DNA of 32,000 nt from Candidatus Helarchaeota ASGARD archaeon Hel_GB_B (GTDB taxonomy: Archaea > Asgardarchaeota > Lokiarchaeia > Helarchaeales > HEL-GB-B), in NCBI GenBank assembly GCA_005191425.1, contig SUPR01000026.1, positions 6,113 through 38,112 of the forward strand, given 5' to 3'. Position numbers and translations under genes: made by a program. Shown one piece after another: positions 1 through 10,662 of the stretch (positions are counted from its first letter, which is position 1; each line of letters starts with the position of its first letter). Under the pieces are notes generated by a model. That model was not told where the DNA came from and searched no databases. It saw only the letters and a list, made by a program, of their open reading frames with translations.

Positions 1-265
1 TATAAACAAATCATTTAGAATTTGATTAATTTACTAACTTTGAATGATAGTTTATTTGAATTTTTTATTTATGATAAATTAATTTTAAAATTAAACAAAT
101 ATTTTGGTAATAATGGATTAAAATGGATTTAATATTCTTTAATTAATTAGATTGAAAAATGAATTGATTTTGTGGAAAAAATATAAATTTAAAATGTTGT
201 AATTTAACAAAGTTTAAGAAGTTCTAAAAGTTATTTTGGAGATCATATAAGATTTTACTTTACAA

Positions 266-2200
266 GTGAATAAACACCAAAAAATTTCAAAAATAAATAA
301 AATAATAGATGTGATTAATGTGGTAATTCCTAGTTTTGCTCTTGATTCGCCCGGTGAAAAAGTATTTTTACTAGGAAATGAAGCAATTGCGAGAGGTGCA
401 TTAGAAGCGGGTGTCCGGGTTGTAGCTGGCTATCCAGGTACTCCATCTACTGAAATCGTAGAAACAATCAGTAAAATGGTACATTATTATCCTGATATTT
501 ATGTAGAATGGTCTATAAATGAGAAAGTTGCTTTTGAAACGGCATTTGGTGGTCAAATGTGTGGACTCAGGTCTGCAGTTAGTTTAAAACATGTCGGTCT
601 AAATGTTGCAGCAGACCCATTTTTGACTGCATCATATGCTGGCGCAAAAGGTGGCTTTGTAATTTTAGACGCAGATGACCCTAATTGTTATTCATCTCAA
701 AATGAACAAGATAATAGATTATTTGCAAGACATGCTTTATGTCCTGTTTTCGAACCATTAAATGTTAATGAAGCTAAAGAAATGACAAAATTTGCATTCG
801 ATTTTTCAGAAAAATTTCAGACAATAGTTTTACTTAGGTCAACAACTCGATTGAGTCATTCAAGAGGCGATGTTATACTTGGAGAAATTAAGCCAATAAA
901 AAAAAGGGGAGCATTTGATTTTAATAAAGAAAGATGGACATTTTTACCTGTTAATGCAAGAAAATATAGAAAAATTATGCTTGAAAGGTTTCATAAAATT
1001 GAGAATGCAGTAAATGATATACCATTTAATAATTTACATCAAATTGATGGTAAAGAAATTGGAATTATTGCATCTGGTCTACCAAATGCATATGTAATCG
1101 ATTATTTGAAGGATAACAAATTAGAAGATGAAATTTCTTATTTAAAAATAGCTACATCTTATCCTCCTCCTAAAAAATTGATCGAACAAATGATTATCGA
1201 TTTAAAACGTGTGCTTGTAATTGAAGAACTAGAACCGTTTATTGAAGATTTTGTAAAGATATATGCTAAAGAAATAAACCCCTCCCTTGAAGTCGTGGGA
1301 AAAGAGATTGTCCCGCGAAATGGTGAATTAAATCCACAGATTATTCATTCAGTTATTAACAAATTTTTGAATAAAAATGATTTAATTAATAATAATAACA
1401 TAAAATTTGATATCATGGCTCCACCTCGACCTCCAGTATTATGTCCTGGCTGTCCACATAGGGCAACTTTTTATGCATTAAAAAAAGCAGAAAAAAGGTC
1501 TAAGAGTAGATTTATTTACAGTTCAGATATTGGGTGTTATACACTTGGATTTTACCCACCAATCGAAACCATTCATACTTGTCTTTGTATGGGTGGGTCT
1601 ATTGGAATGGCAAATGGAATATCTAAATCAGGTGAAACCAACCCAATTTTTGCAATTTTAGGCGATTCCACATTTTTTCATTCTGGGATCCCCTCATTAG
1701 CCAATCTCGTTTATAATAAAAGTAAAGTTAATGTGCTGGTACTTGACAATTTATCTACTGCCATGACTGGATTTCAAGACCATCCTGGAACCGGAGTCCG
1801 AATAACTGGTGAAAAAACTACGCGAATTCTTATTGAAAATATCGGTAAAGGGTTAGGTGTTGAATTCATTAGAGTTTTTGACCCCTATGATTTAAAAAAT
1901 AGTATTAATACTTTAATTGAAGCCATAAATTATAGTAATGGCCCAACTTTATTAATTTCTCGCCGTCAATGTTCCCTATTAGCAACTCGAATTAAGAAAA
2001 AGTCTGGAGAAAAAATTAATATATATAAAATTGACAATGAAAAATGTACTGGCTGTAGAATTTGCACCTCAACTTTCGGTTGCCCAGCTTTTTCTATTAA
2101 TGAAGAAAAAAACGAAATAGAAATAGTCGAAAGTATGTGCTCAGGTTGTGGGGTGTGTGTAGAAATTTGCCCAGAAAAAGCAATTTATAAAGTTGAATAA
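266..2200 (+). CDS. iorA: Indolepyruvate ferredoxin oxidoreductase alpha subunit (true start probably GTG at 320)
   Basis: GNEAIARG, YPGTPSTE, NEKVA.E, KHVGLNVAADP, RPPVLCPGCPHR, SDIGCYTLG, GDSTFFHSG and LDN..TAMTG motifs, plus two C-terminal ferredoxin CxxCxxC motifs. Confidence 0.95.
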   Translation: MNKHQKISKINKIIDVINVVIPSFALDSPGEKVFLLGNEAIARGALEAGVRVVAGYPGTPSTEIVETISKMVHYYPDIYVEWSINEKVAFETAFGGQMCGLRSAVSLKHVGLNVAADPFLTASYAGAKGGFVILDADDPNCYSSQNEQDNRLFARHALCPVFEPLNVNEAKEMTKFAFDFSEKFQTIVLLRSTTRLSHSRGDVILGEIKPIKKRGAFDFNKERWTFLPVNARKYRKIMLERFHKIENAVNDIPFNNLHQIDGKEIGIIASGLPNAYVIDYLKDNKLEDEISYLKIATSYPPPKKLIEQMIIDLKRVLVIEELEPFIEDFVKIYAKEINPSLEVVGKEIVPRNGELNPQIIHSVINKFLNKNDLINNNNIKFDIMAPPRPPVLCPGCPHRATFYALKKAEKRSKSRFIYSSDIGCYTLGFYPPIETIHTCLCMGGSIGMANGISKSGETNPIFAILGDSTFFHSGIPSLANLVYNKSKVNVLVLDNLSTAMTGFQDHPGTGVRITGEKTTRILIENIGKGLGVEFIRVFDPYDLKNSINTLIEAINYSNGPTLLISRRQCSLLATRIKKKSGEKINIYKIDNEKCTGCRICTSTFGCPAFSINEEKNEIEIVESMCSGCGVCVEICPEKAIYKVE

Positions 2201-2226
2201 ACTAATACATAAAGTGAAAACGAAAA

Positions 2227-2970
2227 ATGAATGAAGAAAATGCAGTAAAAATATATGTTAATAATAAAATTAACAAATTTATAATTATTTTGCTAAGTAT
2301 TTCTGCAATAATCTTAATAACCATAACATTATTTGTTAGCGATGTGGCTATTTCATTAAACATTAACCATTTTACTCAAACTCCTTCAGCAGGATTTTTA
2401 AATGCGTTCTTTATATTCTACACTAATTTCCTCATTTATGCGTTTATCGTTTCTATTTACATATTGGGTCTGCTCTCTTTTTTAAAAATAAAAAAATTGG
2501 AATTCCTTGAACAATGGCGCCCTACTCTTATAAGTTGTATTTTATCTTGGATTTTTGGTGAAATTATTGTTAATTCAATAAAATATACTGTATTACGTCC
2601 ACGTCCATTTAATTATTTCTCGCCCTCTCAGTTTTCTCCTATTAGTCATGCAGAAGGCCCAAGCTTCCCGTCAGGGCATTCCGCAGCAGCTTTTAACAGT
2701 AGTATGCCATTATTGTATAAGACAAATAATTTCTGGATCAAATTAGTATACATTTTATACGCAAGCTTGATGGCTTTTTCAAGGGTTTATGTTGGAGTCC
2801 ATTGGACAACTGATGTTTTGGTAGGAATGTTAATTGGAATTGGGATTTCCTTCTTAGTTTCAATTGGTTATCCTAAATTATTAAATAAATTTGAAAATAA
2901 AACAAAAATAGAGTTTATATCTTGGATTATCCTACTTACTTTAGGAATAATATGGATAATAATTTTCTAA
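2227..2970 (+). CDS. PAP2-family membrane phosphatase (lipid/polyprenyl pyrophosphate phosphatase-like)
   Basis: All three PAP2 motifs (KYTVLRPRP, PSGH, SRVYVGVHWTTD) and several hydrophobic helices. Confidence 0.92.
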   Translation: MNEENAVKIYVNNKINKFIIILLSISAIILITITLFVSDVAISLNINHFTQTPSAGFLNAFFIFYTNFLIYAFIVSIYILGLLSFLKIKKLEFLEQWRPTLISCILSWIFGEIIVNSIKYTVLRPRPFNYFSPSQFSPISHAEGPSFPSGHSAAAFNSSMPLLYKTNNFWIKLVYILYASLMAFSRVYVGVHWTTDVLVGMLIGIGISFLVSIGYPKLLNKFENKTKIEFISWIILLTLGIIWIIIF

Positions 2971-2979
2971 ATATTTTTT

Positions 2980-3804
2980 TTATTTATAATTTTTTACAAG
3001 ATTTTTTCCTATTTCAAGAGCTTTTAAGTTTACTTCCACTATTTTTGAGCTGAATAGTTTTTTAATCGCATTTTTAATAGATTCTTCTTTTAATGGTATT
3101 TTATTTGTCCCTAATAAAGCTCCAATCATTATTGTATTTGTCATTCGGATATCTCCCAGTTCAATCGCAGACTTCGATGCCTGTATAATGAAACTATTCT
3201 TAGAGACATTTAAAAGTACGTTCTTTATTTCAGATAATTCTGGATAACTTATTTCCTTAACTAATGTAATAGCATTTTGACTACAGATATCCATGCACCT
3301 CTTACATCCAGTACAACCTTCCAAGATTTGACATATTCCATTTGTTATTTTTGAAGCTGGAAAATCTATTACCGCTAATAAATTTGAATTTTTATAGTAA
3401 TAATTTACATAACAATTAATTTTGCAATTTCCACAGCCTATACAAACTTCTGGGTCTACTTTAATATGCTGGCCCCTAAATAATATTGGTGGAATTATTA
3501 CTTCATTATTTACTAAAAGTATTCCATCTTTTTTTAAATAATCTATATACCTTAATGCTTCAGCTAATTCGAATGCAATAATGACATCAGCAGAATGTTT
3601 ATTAACAAGCGGACTTTCTACTGTAGGCCCAAATCGCAAATGTACAATTACAGAGCCGCCTCTTTGCGCCATACCATGCGTTTCTGCAGTCCGGAGTTTA
3701 TAACTTATGTCTAAATCAAGTACCGCCCAACCAATCACTGTTGATGCCCTAATTACTCCTTGACCACCTGTTCCTACAATTACAATAGAAAAATTCTTGC
3801 CCAT
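2980..3804 (-). CDS. iorB: Indolepyruvate ferredoxin oxidoreductase beta subunit with an inserted 2x[4Fe-4S] ferredoxin domain
   Basis: GTGGQG, ETHGMAQRGGSV, AFELAEALRY and N.IMIGAL motifs; insert CIGCGNCKINC...CTGCKRCMDIC. Confidence 0.9.
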   Translation of the reverse strand: MGKNFSIVIVGTGGQGVIRASTVIGWAVLDLDISYKLRTAETHGMAQRGGSVIVHLRFGPTVESPLVNKHSADVIIAFELAEALRYIDYLKKDGILLVNNEVIIPPILFRGQHIKVDPEVCIGCGNCKINCYVNYYYKNSNLLAVIDFPASKITNGICQILEGCTGCKRCMDICSQNAITLVKEISYPELSEIKNVLLNVSKNSFIIQASKSAIELGDIRMTNTIMIGALLGTNKIPLKEESIKNAIKKLFSSKIVEVNLKALEIGKNLVKNYK

Positions 3805-4490
3805 TTTATCACTTTTAGGTAATCTTTCTATTCCTTTTTATGTTTTATTTTAAAATATTTTGTTATTAACAATTAGCCATTAAGTCTATAATTTTATTTG
3901 GTTAGGTCTTTAAATTCCTTTTTAATATTTTAAAATTTCTGTAATCAGTATTTTCTTAATTTAATATACCCTTATTATTACACATTTTAAATTCTTAAAT
4001 TGTGATTAAACTTAATTATCTTTAAGAAAATGAATAGATTTCCAAAAAAAAATTAAAGAAATAATCAATTTGTAATTACAAATTTAATATTAATCCGAAA
4101 ATGTTTTTCTTTTCTTAAAATTAAAAATTAAGTCCAAGCTATCCTAATTTAATAGTTCTAATATATTTTCATAACCATTGTCTTAACTGGTAATTTCTAT
4201 GACCATTGGAATGTACTTGATTGGAAAAACTCTAAATAAAATAACCGTATATGAATAAAAACTTAAATTTTCATAATTAAATCATATTTATTTCGTATTA
4301 ATAAAATTTTAATTGTTTTCAATAAATTATATCTTTCTTTAATTAAAATTTTTAAAGAGTACTATTCAAAAATTAGTAGTTTGCTATTATTATTAAAATA
4401 GGAATAATTATAAATATTTGAAACCTTTATTGTATCATATATTAATTTCTAAAATCTTTTACAATATAATAAAAAAGAGGCAATAATATA

Positions 4491-5390
4491 ATGGAATCAG
4501 AGGAAGAAGAGACACTTTCTGATTTAATTGCTGGCTATGAAGATCCAAACGATAAAATAATTCTATTAACAAAAGCTATTGATATGTTATTATCTAATTT
4601 TGGAGCTGTTGAAATTAATGTAGCTAATTTACATAATGCAGTTACTCAGAATTCAAATTATTTAAGAAGTTTAGCAGATGCAATAATGAAAATGAATACT
4701 GAATTAAAGAGAATTGCATCAAAAATGGGCGATGTAGAAAGTGTTATTCAAGATAAAATACAAGAAGGAATGGAAAAATTAAAGCAATCTTATACTCCTG
4801 TTGCAGATAGAGTACGGACTGTTGCGTCTCCAGTAAATAATTATACACCCGGGACTCCATCAAGTCCAAGAGTATCTCCTACTCCTGGGACACCCATACA
4901 ACCAAACCAGCCTAAACAAGAGCCAAGTCTATTGAAACCATCACAAATGCGCGGAGGTGGTGGCGGAGTTAGTCCTCCTCCTGCTGGTGGAATGGGTGTG
5001 CCCATGGGTGGTATGAGCCCCCGAATGGCTATGATGGAAGAAATTAAACGTAAAATGGGCGGTGGAGGGACTGCCAGTGGCGGCGGCGAAGTTGGTGGTG
5101 GATATATCCCCAAAATCCAACAACCCAGAAAAGCTAAACCAATACCTAAAAACTTATCTAAAACAATGAATAAATTACTTGAATCTAAATTTCAAAAGCA
5201 GATTGTCGGCAATATACCCCAAGGTGGTGCTACACGCGGACCACCAAGAGCTCCACCAAGAGCTCCACCGAAAAAAGAATCGAAAGAAAAAAAATCCAAG
5301 AAAAAAGAAAAAAAGAAGGATAAATCTAAGTCAGGAACAAGTTCACAAATACAGGCATTAGAGGATAAGATTAAAAATAAATTCGGTTAA
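4491..5390 (+). CDS. Hypothetical protein: N-terminal coiled coil, Pro/Gly-rich low-complexity region, helical PRMAMMEEIKRK motif, Lys-rich tail
   Basis: Long ORF after an AAGAGG SD-like element; composition read directly from the translation. Confidence 0.8.
   Translation: MESEEEETLSDLIAGYEDPNDKIILLTKAIDMLLSNFGAVEINVANLHNAVTQNSNYLRSLADAIMKMNTELKRIASKMGDVESVIQDKIQEGMEKLKQSYTPVADRVRTVASPVNNYTPGTPSSPRVSPTPGTPIQPNQPKQEPSLLKPSQMRGGGGGVSPPPAGGMGVPMGGMSPRMAMMEEIKRKMGGGGTASGGGEVGGGYIPKIQQPRKAKPIPKNLSKTMNKLLESKFQKQIVGNIPQGGATRGPPRAPPRAPPKKESKEKKSKKKEKKKDKSKSGTSSQIQALEDKIKNKFG
5241..5269 (+). repeat. Coding 12-bp tandem repeat (ccaccaagagct x2.4) encoding PPRAPPRAPP
   Basis: Seen directly in the sequence. 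Confidence 0.85.
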
Positions 5391-5669
5391 AAATTATATT
5401 TAACTTGAATTTCTAATCTAAAAAATCTATCACATGATCTATTTAAAATATTAATATTATATAATAAATTTTTATCTGCGAAATCCTAAATAACGCACTC
5501 ATTTTTCATTTTATTTATAATTATCGATTTGAACGAATAAATCAAGAATACTCTAATTTTTTTAATAATTTTATAAAACAATTTTAATATTCAGTGGAAA
5601 TCAAGGTTTTGTTTAATAATAATAAATCTAAATTCCATTCTTTATTTAATTACATATATTTTATCTTGG

Positions 5670-6011
5670 ATGGAAGTAAAAATGAATGAGAATATTAGTC
5701 TAGAAAATTCTTTTAAAAAGGTCTTGAGAAAATATGGTTATTACTATGTTAGAACAGGTGATAACAGTTATATGTTTATAAAACATGACGATAGAATTGG
5801 TGGAATTTATTTTGAATTACAAAATAAAGCAAAAATGAGAATAGAACAAGTAGATTTTATACAAACTTTTGATAACCGTAAAACACTCAATAAATTTCTT
5901 AATCAAATGGAAAATGAATTAAATTATTTAAGTCCAGAGCTTGGAAGGACATTAACACGGACACAAATTAAAAAAATCATTAAGAAAGTAAAAGATACAT
6001 CCAGCTTTTAA
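5670..6011 (+). CDS. Hypothetical protein (start may be ATG 5682)
   Basis: 113-aa ORF with plausible alpha/beta composition; no recognised motif. Confidence 0.6.
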   Translation: MEVKMNENISLENSFKKVLRKYGYYYVRTGDNSYMFIKHDDRIGGIYFELQNKAKMRIEQVDFIQTFDNRKTLNKFLNQMENELNYLSPELGRTLTRTQIKKIIKKVKDTSSF

Positions 6012-6066
6012 TATCCATTTTTATTTTTTTAAAAATTTATATAATTTTAATGTAATATTTTAATTA

Positions 6067-6420
6067 ATGGATAACATTGTTTCTCAAATAATAAAAATAA
6101 TTAAAAAATATAGTAAAATTAAAGGTTTCAAAGACTATTTCAAAGAGCTATGTAAATCTATTTATCCTTTTAGAAATATCCTGGAAAAAGACAACATTAT
6201 CCAGATTATTAATGATGAAATCCCAAATAACCTAACTGAAGATAATGAATCTTTTATTTTTCTTTATAAGACTATAAACAAATACACACAATTTAATATG
6301 TGGCCAACCCACATTATAAATTTATCTTTTTTGTTGTCTCAATTATTTAAAGGTTCTTCAAAATTCGAGGAATCTTTCAATTCTATAAATGATTTACTTG
6401 AAAGATTGTTGATTTTTTAA
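6067..6420 (+). CDS. Hypothetical helical protein
   Basis: 117-aa ATG ORF, no recognised motif. Confidence 0.55.
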   Translation: MDNIVSQIIKIIKKYSKIKGFKDYFKELCKSIYPFRNILEKDNIIQIINDEIPNNLTEDNESFIFLYKTINKYTQFNMWPTHIINLSFLLSQLFKGSSKFEESFNSINDLLERLLIF

Positions 6421-6487
6421 CTAAATTTCATAATTTTTTTAAAAAATTTACTTATGTTATTAATTATATTAAAATATTAATTTAATT

Positions 6488-7369
6488 TTATAACCTTCTA
6501 TAATATTCGGGGCGCAACTTTCCAATTGGGTTTTTAATTACATTATCAATAACTTCTAATAATTTTTCTTTATCATCAGGAAGAGTACCTCCTAATGGTA
6601 AATAATTACTGGCGTGATTACTTCTAAAAATACTCTTATTTGTTATGTCAATTTGATCAATTAATAATCTCATTTCTTTTAAAATTTCTAAATCTGTTAA
6701 TGGTTCAAATTCACCTGCAATATATTCTTCAAATAAAGGAGTACCTCTCGGGATCATTAGAGTTAAAGCACCTATGTATGTTGGGGCATTGATTTCATTA
6801 ATAACTCTTGCTGTTTCAATTGCATTTTCTCTCCACCGATTTTTTCCACCCAAACCCAAAATAATGGTAATAGATAATTCAAATCCAATTTTTAATATTC
6901 TTTTACATGCTTCTACCATTTGTGCTGAAGTCATATTCTTTTTAACTCTTCTTAAGATTACATCATCCCCACTTTCAATCCCTAAATAAATAATTCCAAG
7001 TCCTGCGTCTTTTAATTTTCTAAGTTCATCATCAGTTTTATGAAGGACATTCAATGCTGTTGCATATATTCCTACTCTCCATAAATTTGGATAATATTTA
7101 TATAATAAATTTAAAATTTTCAGCAATTTGTCCGTTTTAATCACAAGTGCATCTCCATCTGCTAAAAAGACCTTGCGTACTCTTTTTGCATAGGGCAATG
7201 TTTCTCTCAAATCAGATTCGATTTCCTCTAAAGACCTTATTCTTAATTTCTTATCTTTGTAGCTATAACAAAAAGTGCAAGTATTATTTGAACATCCAAT
7301 TTCTACTTGTAATATCAATGAGTCCGCTTCACTCGGCGGTCTAAAAATTAAACCTTCATATTTTGGCAT
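6488..7369 (-). CDS. Radical SAM protein (CxxxxCxxC subfamily, function unknown)
   Basis: LIFRPPSEA, GCSNNTCTFC, VFLADGDA, GIESG and FRSNHASNYL motifs. Confidence 0.9.
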   Translation of the reverse strand: MPKYEGLIFRPPSEADSLILQVEIGCSNNTCTFCYSYKDKKLRIRSLEEIESDLRETLPYAKRVRKVFLADGDALVIKTDKLLKILNLLYKYYPNLWRVGIYATALNVLHKTDDELRKLKDAGLGIIYLGIESGDDVILRRVKKNMTSAQMVEACKRILKIGFELSITIILGLGGKNRWRENAIETARVINEINAPTYIGALTLMIPRGTPLFEEYIAGEFEPLTDLEILKEMRLLIDQIDITNKSIFRSNHASNYLPLGGTLPDDKEKLLEVIDNVIKNPIGKLRPEYYRRL

Positions 7370-7394
7370 TTTGTTAAACCTATTTATAGACTAT

Positions 7395-9029
7395 TTATTT
7401 TTCTTCATCAATACCTAATAATAATTCGCTGGTGATTTTTCCTATATCTTCTTTTAGTAGTTTTTCTAAATAATACCCTGTGCGTTCCATTAAATTTGGC
7501 CAAAGCGTTAAGTCCATTCCCCATATATTCTTTTGTGTGAGAATATATCCTAAAAATATTTTAATAGAACGTGGATCATCAATTTTCACATTTTTCCATG
7601 TATTTGCAAATTCTTTTAAAATATTAATATCATCTTTAATCTGATAGATATTTTTAAGATTACCCTCTTTTTCTTCAATTTCTTTTTGTTCATCTTCATT
7701 ATCTATTTCATTTTCATTTATTTCGTGCATTTCCCTAATACCAAAAAATTGTCCATCATTTTCTTCAATTACATTATAAAATCTCAAAATCAACGCAAGA
7801 ATAAAGAAAATATAATCTGGTAATTTCTTTTCCTTTTCATATAAATCAATCATTTTAAAAAGAAAATTTTTTCTAAATTTTTGTATTAAATTTTCACTCA
7901 TGTCAATTAAAGACCTTTTATTAAAGGGATTTTTCAGTCTATTAATTGTGATTTTCTCCCAAGACCGAATCTGGTCTTCAGATAAATTTACAAATTCTTT
8001 AATTGTATTAAATAAGAATTTTTCAAAAAATTCTTGAATTATAACATCTAAAAGAGCATCCGATGTAGTATCATAACCTGATAAATAGGCTAGCGGTACA
8101 AACGATATCAATACTGCATTAAACCAGGTATTTAAAGAATGAAATGTATCTAAAATATCTGTATATTCCAGATATATCTCAGTACTTTGGAATGGAAAAG
8201 TTGCTGCTTTGTTAGAGCTAATAATCCATTTATAATAGTTTTCTGTAACTGTCAAAAAATTATCTTTATAATTTAACTTTTGAAAAGCAATAATTTTTTC
8301 TTTATCATCAAAATCACCGATGTCCATTTTGTCTATTAATGAATCAAAAAAGTTGTTTTTAAGTCTTAACCATGAAAGAAATTGTTCACCAAGCTTCCAT
8401 TCTTTACCTACTGATAATAATATATCTCTAAGAGTTAAATCTCCCTTGAATTTCGGATTTAATGAAATAATTGTTAATTTTGAATCTTTATTTTTAAATC
8501 TTCTGTATCTCTCATATAATATTCCTAAAATCATTCCTATATACGATTTTGGTGGTCTATTTCTAATAGAATCATTAGGTTCAAGAATACTGTCGTTATT
8601 CGGATGATAACATATTAATACTTCAATATTTGGGCTAATAAAACTATCTATCACTTTATCCCAATTATTAACCTTGATTACACGACTAATTGAAGTAATT
8701 AACTCCCACTTTTCTAAAGGAATTCCCTCTTCTAAACCCCTTAAACATAAAGTATATAAAAAATCTTGTTTACCAAAAACATCGACAATATCCTCATTTT
8801 CATAGTCTATATGAACGACTCTACCTTTATATTCACCTTTTTTAATCATAATGTCCAAAAAATAATCAATTGTTGAACGTAATAAACTGTTATTTCCCAT
8901 CACTAAAATTTTTTCAGGTAATGTAAATATTTTTTCGTCAGGGATTTGAATTGAAATCTCTCTTTTTTCTAATTGATAATTTAAGCCGAGAATTAATTCT
9001 CTATTAAGTAAATTATATTCATTTTTCAT
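7395..9029 (-). CDS. Tagaturonate/altronate reductase (UxaB, mannitol dehydrogenase family)-like protein with degenerate active site
   Basis: LPEKILVMGNNSLLRS.IDY, QDFLYTL.LRG, SLIDKM, ENYYKWII and RLKNPF resemble UxaB blocks; catalytic motifs altered. Confidence 0.75.
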   Translation of the reverse strand: MKNEYNLLNRELILGLNYQLEKREISIQIPDEKIFTLPEKILVMGNNSLLRSTIDYFLDIMIKKGEYKGRVVHIDYENEDIVDVFGKQDFLYTLCLRGLEEGIPLEKWELITSISRVIKVNNWDKVIDSFISPNIEVLICYHPNNDSILEPNDSIRNRPPKSYIGMILGILYERYRRFKNKDSKLTIISLNPKFKGDLTLRDILLSVGKEWKLGEQFLSWLRLKNNFFDSLIDKMDIGDFDDKEKIIAFQKLNYKDNFLTVTENYYKWIISSNKAATFPFQSTEIYLEYTDILDTFHSLNTWFNAVLISFVPLAYLSGYDTTSDALLDVIIQEFFEKFLFNTIKEFVNLSEDQIRSWEKITINRLKNPFNKRSLIDMSENLIQKFRKNFLFKMIDLYEKEKKLPDYIFFILALILRFYNVIEENDGQFFGIREMHEINENEIDNEDEQKEIEEKEGNLKNIYQIKDDINILKEFANTWKNVKIDDPRSIKIFLGYILTQKNIWGMDLTLWPNLMERTGYYLEKLLKEDIGKITSELLLGIDEEK

Positions 9030-9195
9030 TTTTTGTACCTTTAAATAAATAATATATAACCCATGTATATATAAAAATGCCCAAATTTAAAAAATATAGA
9101 TGGAAATACTTTAAAATTAAAAGTAATACAAAATTTTATTGATTTTCAGAGTCTCGGAATGTAATTAAATACAATTTTTTAATATTTTACATATT

Positions 9196-9495
9196 TCATT
9201 TTATTTTGACTACTGTTCCAAGCGATTCCCCAGGAAGCCCTTTCTTAAATAACACCCTGACAACTCCATTCTTACCGTGAGTCCTAACTATTTTACCTTT
9301 GATATATTTTCCCGTCTTAGTTTCCCATATCACTTCTTTTCCTATCAATTTTGCGGCCTCATTTGCACTATTATATTCAAACTTTACTAGCATTTGTCTA
9401 TTATATTGTGTATGACGGCCTCTCCTATAACTTGTTATAATTCCTTTTTTTCCTTTGATGATATCAACTTCTGTCATTTTTAACTCATCTTCCAT
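9196..9495 (-). CDS. rpl35ae: 50S ribosomal protein L35Ae (eL33)
   Basis: SYRRGRHTQY and GKIVRTHGKNGVVRV.FKKGLPG.SLG motifs. Confidence 0.95.
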   Translation of the reverse strand: MEDELKMTEVDIIKGKKGIITSYRRGRHTQYNRQMLVKFEYNSANEAAKLIGKEVIWETKTGKYIKGKIVRTHGKNGVVRVLFKKGLPGESLGTVVKIK

Positions 9496-9631
9496 TATCT
9501 CTCTTTTACTTTAAAATTTTACTCTTTATAAAAAATAAGTATTTTATTGAAAAAAAAGAAAAATATAATAAAGGCGCTTTTTTAAAAAGTGATTTTTCTT
9601 TAAATTGAAAATATCTATCAAATCATTTTTT

Positions 9632-9859
9632 CTATAATTTTTTCAATTCATTTAGAAACATTGATATCGATGTATTTAAAGAAGCAATGCTATCTGTAAT
9701 TTTATCATAATCATATCTTTTTATCTCGTTTTCTAGTAATTCTAAAATAATTTTAATATCACGAACTTTTCTCAATAAAGATCTATTGATCTCATTTTTA
9801 ATTTTTTCTTCTTTTTCTTTCCTAGTTTCTAAACTTATTGACAAAATTATACCCTTCAT
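9632..9859 (-). CDS. Small hypothetical helical (coiled-coil-like) protein
   Basis: 75-aa ATG ORF with heptad-like pattern. Confidence 0.5.
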   Translation of the reverse strand: MKGIILSISLETRKEKEEKIKNEINRSLLRKVRDIKIILELLENEIKRYDYDKITDSIASLNTSISMFLNELKKL

Positions 9860-10641
9860 TTTTTTTATTATTTAATATATTGACATGAAAATATTTAAAT
9901 TATGTGTAAAAATTTGCAAATTTATAAATAATATATTCCTAATTTTAATTCCATTATTTTAGTTTTAACTTGAGAAAATATTTAATTTATAAGAAAATGT
10001 TAAATTTAATCCAGTTTATAATAGGTTTTTTAACTCTTTATTTAAAAATTGTTAAATGAAAACTTTTGAACTCATAATATTATAAAAATTATTTAATTAA
10101 AATTTGAAGATAAAAAAATGTGCAATCTCACTTTTTGAATCCTATTAATATCATTTTATCAAGATGATAATCATTGAGAGCTCACGATTTTATATTTAGC
10201 CTTTATTTTTATTATAATTTAAATCAAAATGGATAAATATTAATTGTTTTTATTCAATTCTATTTTTAAAATAAAAATTTTTTTTAAAAATGATATCAAA
10301 TTTTTTTAAATAAAACCATCAAAAAGTTATTTTTCACAAAACGATTGATTAGACTTTGAATGGATATTATCAAAAAATATTATTTTTTACTTTAAAATTC
10401 TATATTTTTAATCAAGTCAATTTTGTCGTTTAAATTATAAAAAGATTGGATCATTTATATTTAATGGGAAATTTATGGGATTTAACTAATTGTTAAAAAT
10501 TCCAACATTTTTTGACCCTCAAATTTTAAAAATAGGCATAAAATAATATATATAAGATTTTTGTATATTACTTGGAATATACAAAGAATAATAAATTAAA
10601 AAAAGATATATTTCAAAACAAATTTGTAAATGATTTAAGAA

Positions 10642-10662
10642 GGGAAATCTCATTAATTTCCC
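10642..10662 (+). promoter_or_regulatory. Inverted repeat (gggaaat-N7-atttccc) upstream of tfb
   Basis: Perfect 7-bp stem in an otherwise AT-rich intergenic region; function unproven. Confidence 0.3.

Noticed and set aside
3805-4490. Possible hidden small gene in the 686-bp gap between iorB and the Pro-rich gene
   Set aside because: Only short frames with early stops were found; the stretch is consistent with an AT-rich divergent promoter region.
4841-5361. Overlapping ORFs 4841-5113(-), 4941-5123(-) and 5179-5361(+)
   Set aside because: Shadow frames produced by GC-rich Pro/Gly codons and Lys-rich runs of the 299-aa gene.
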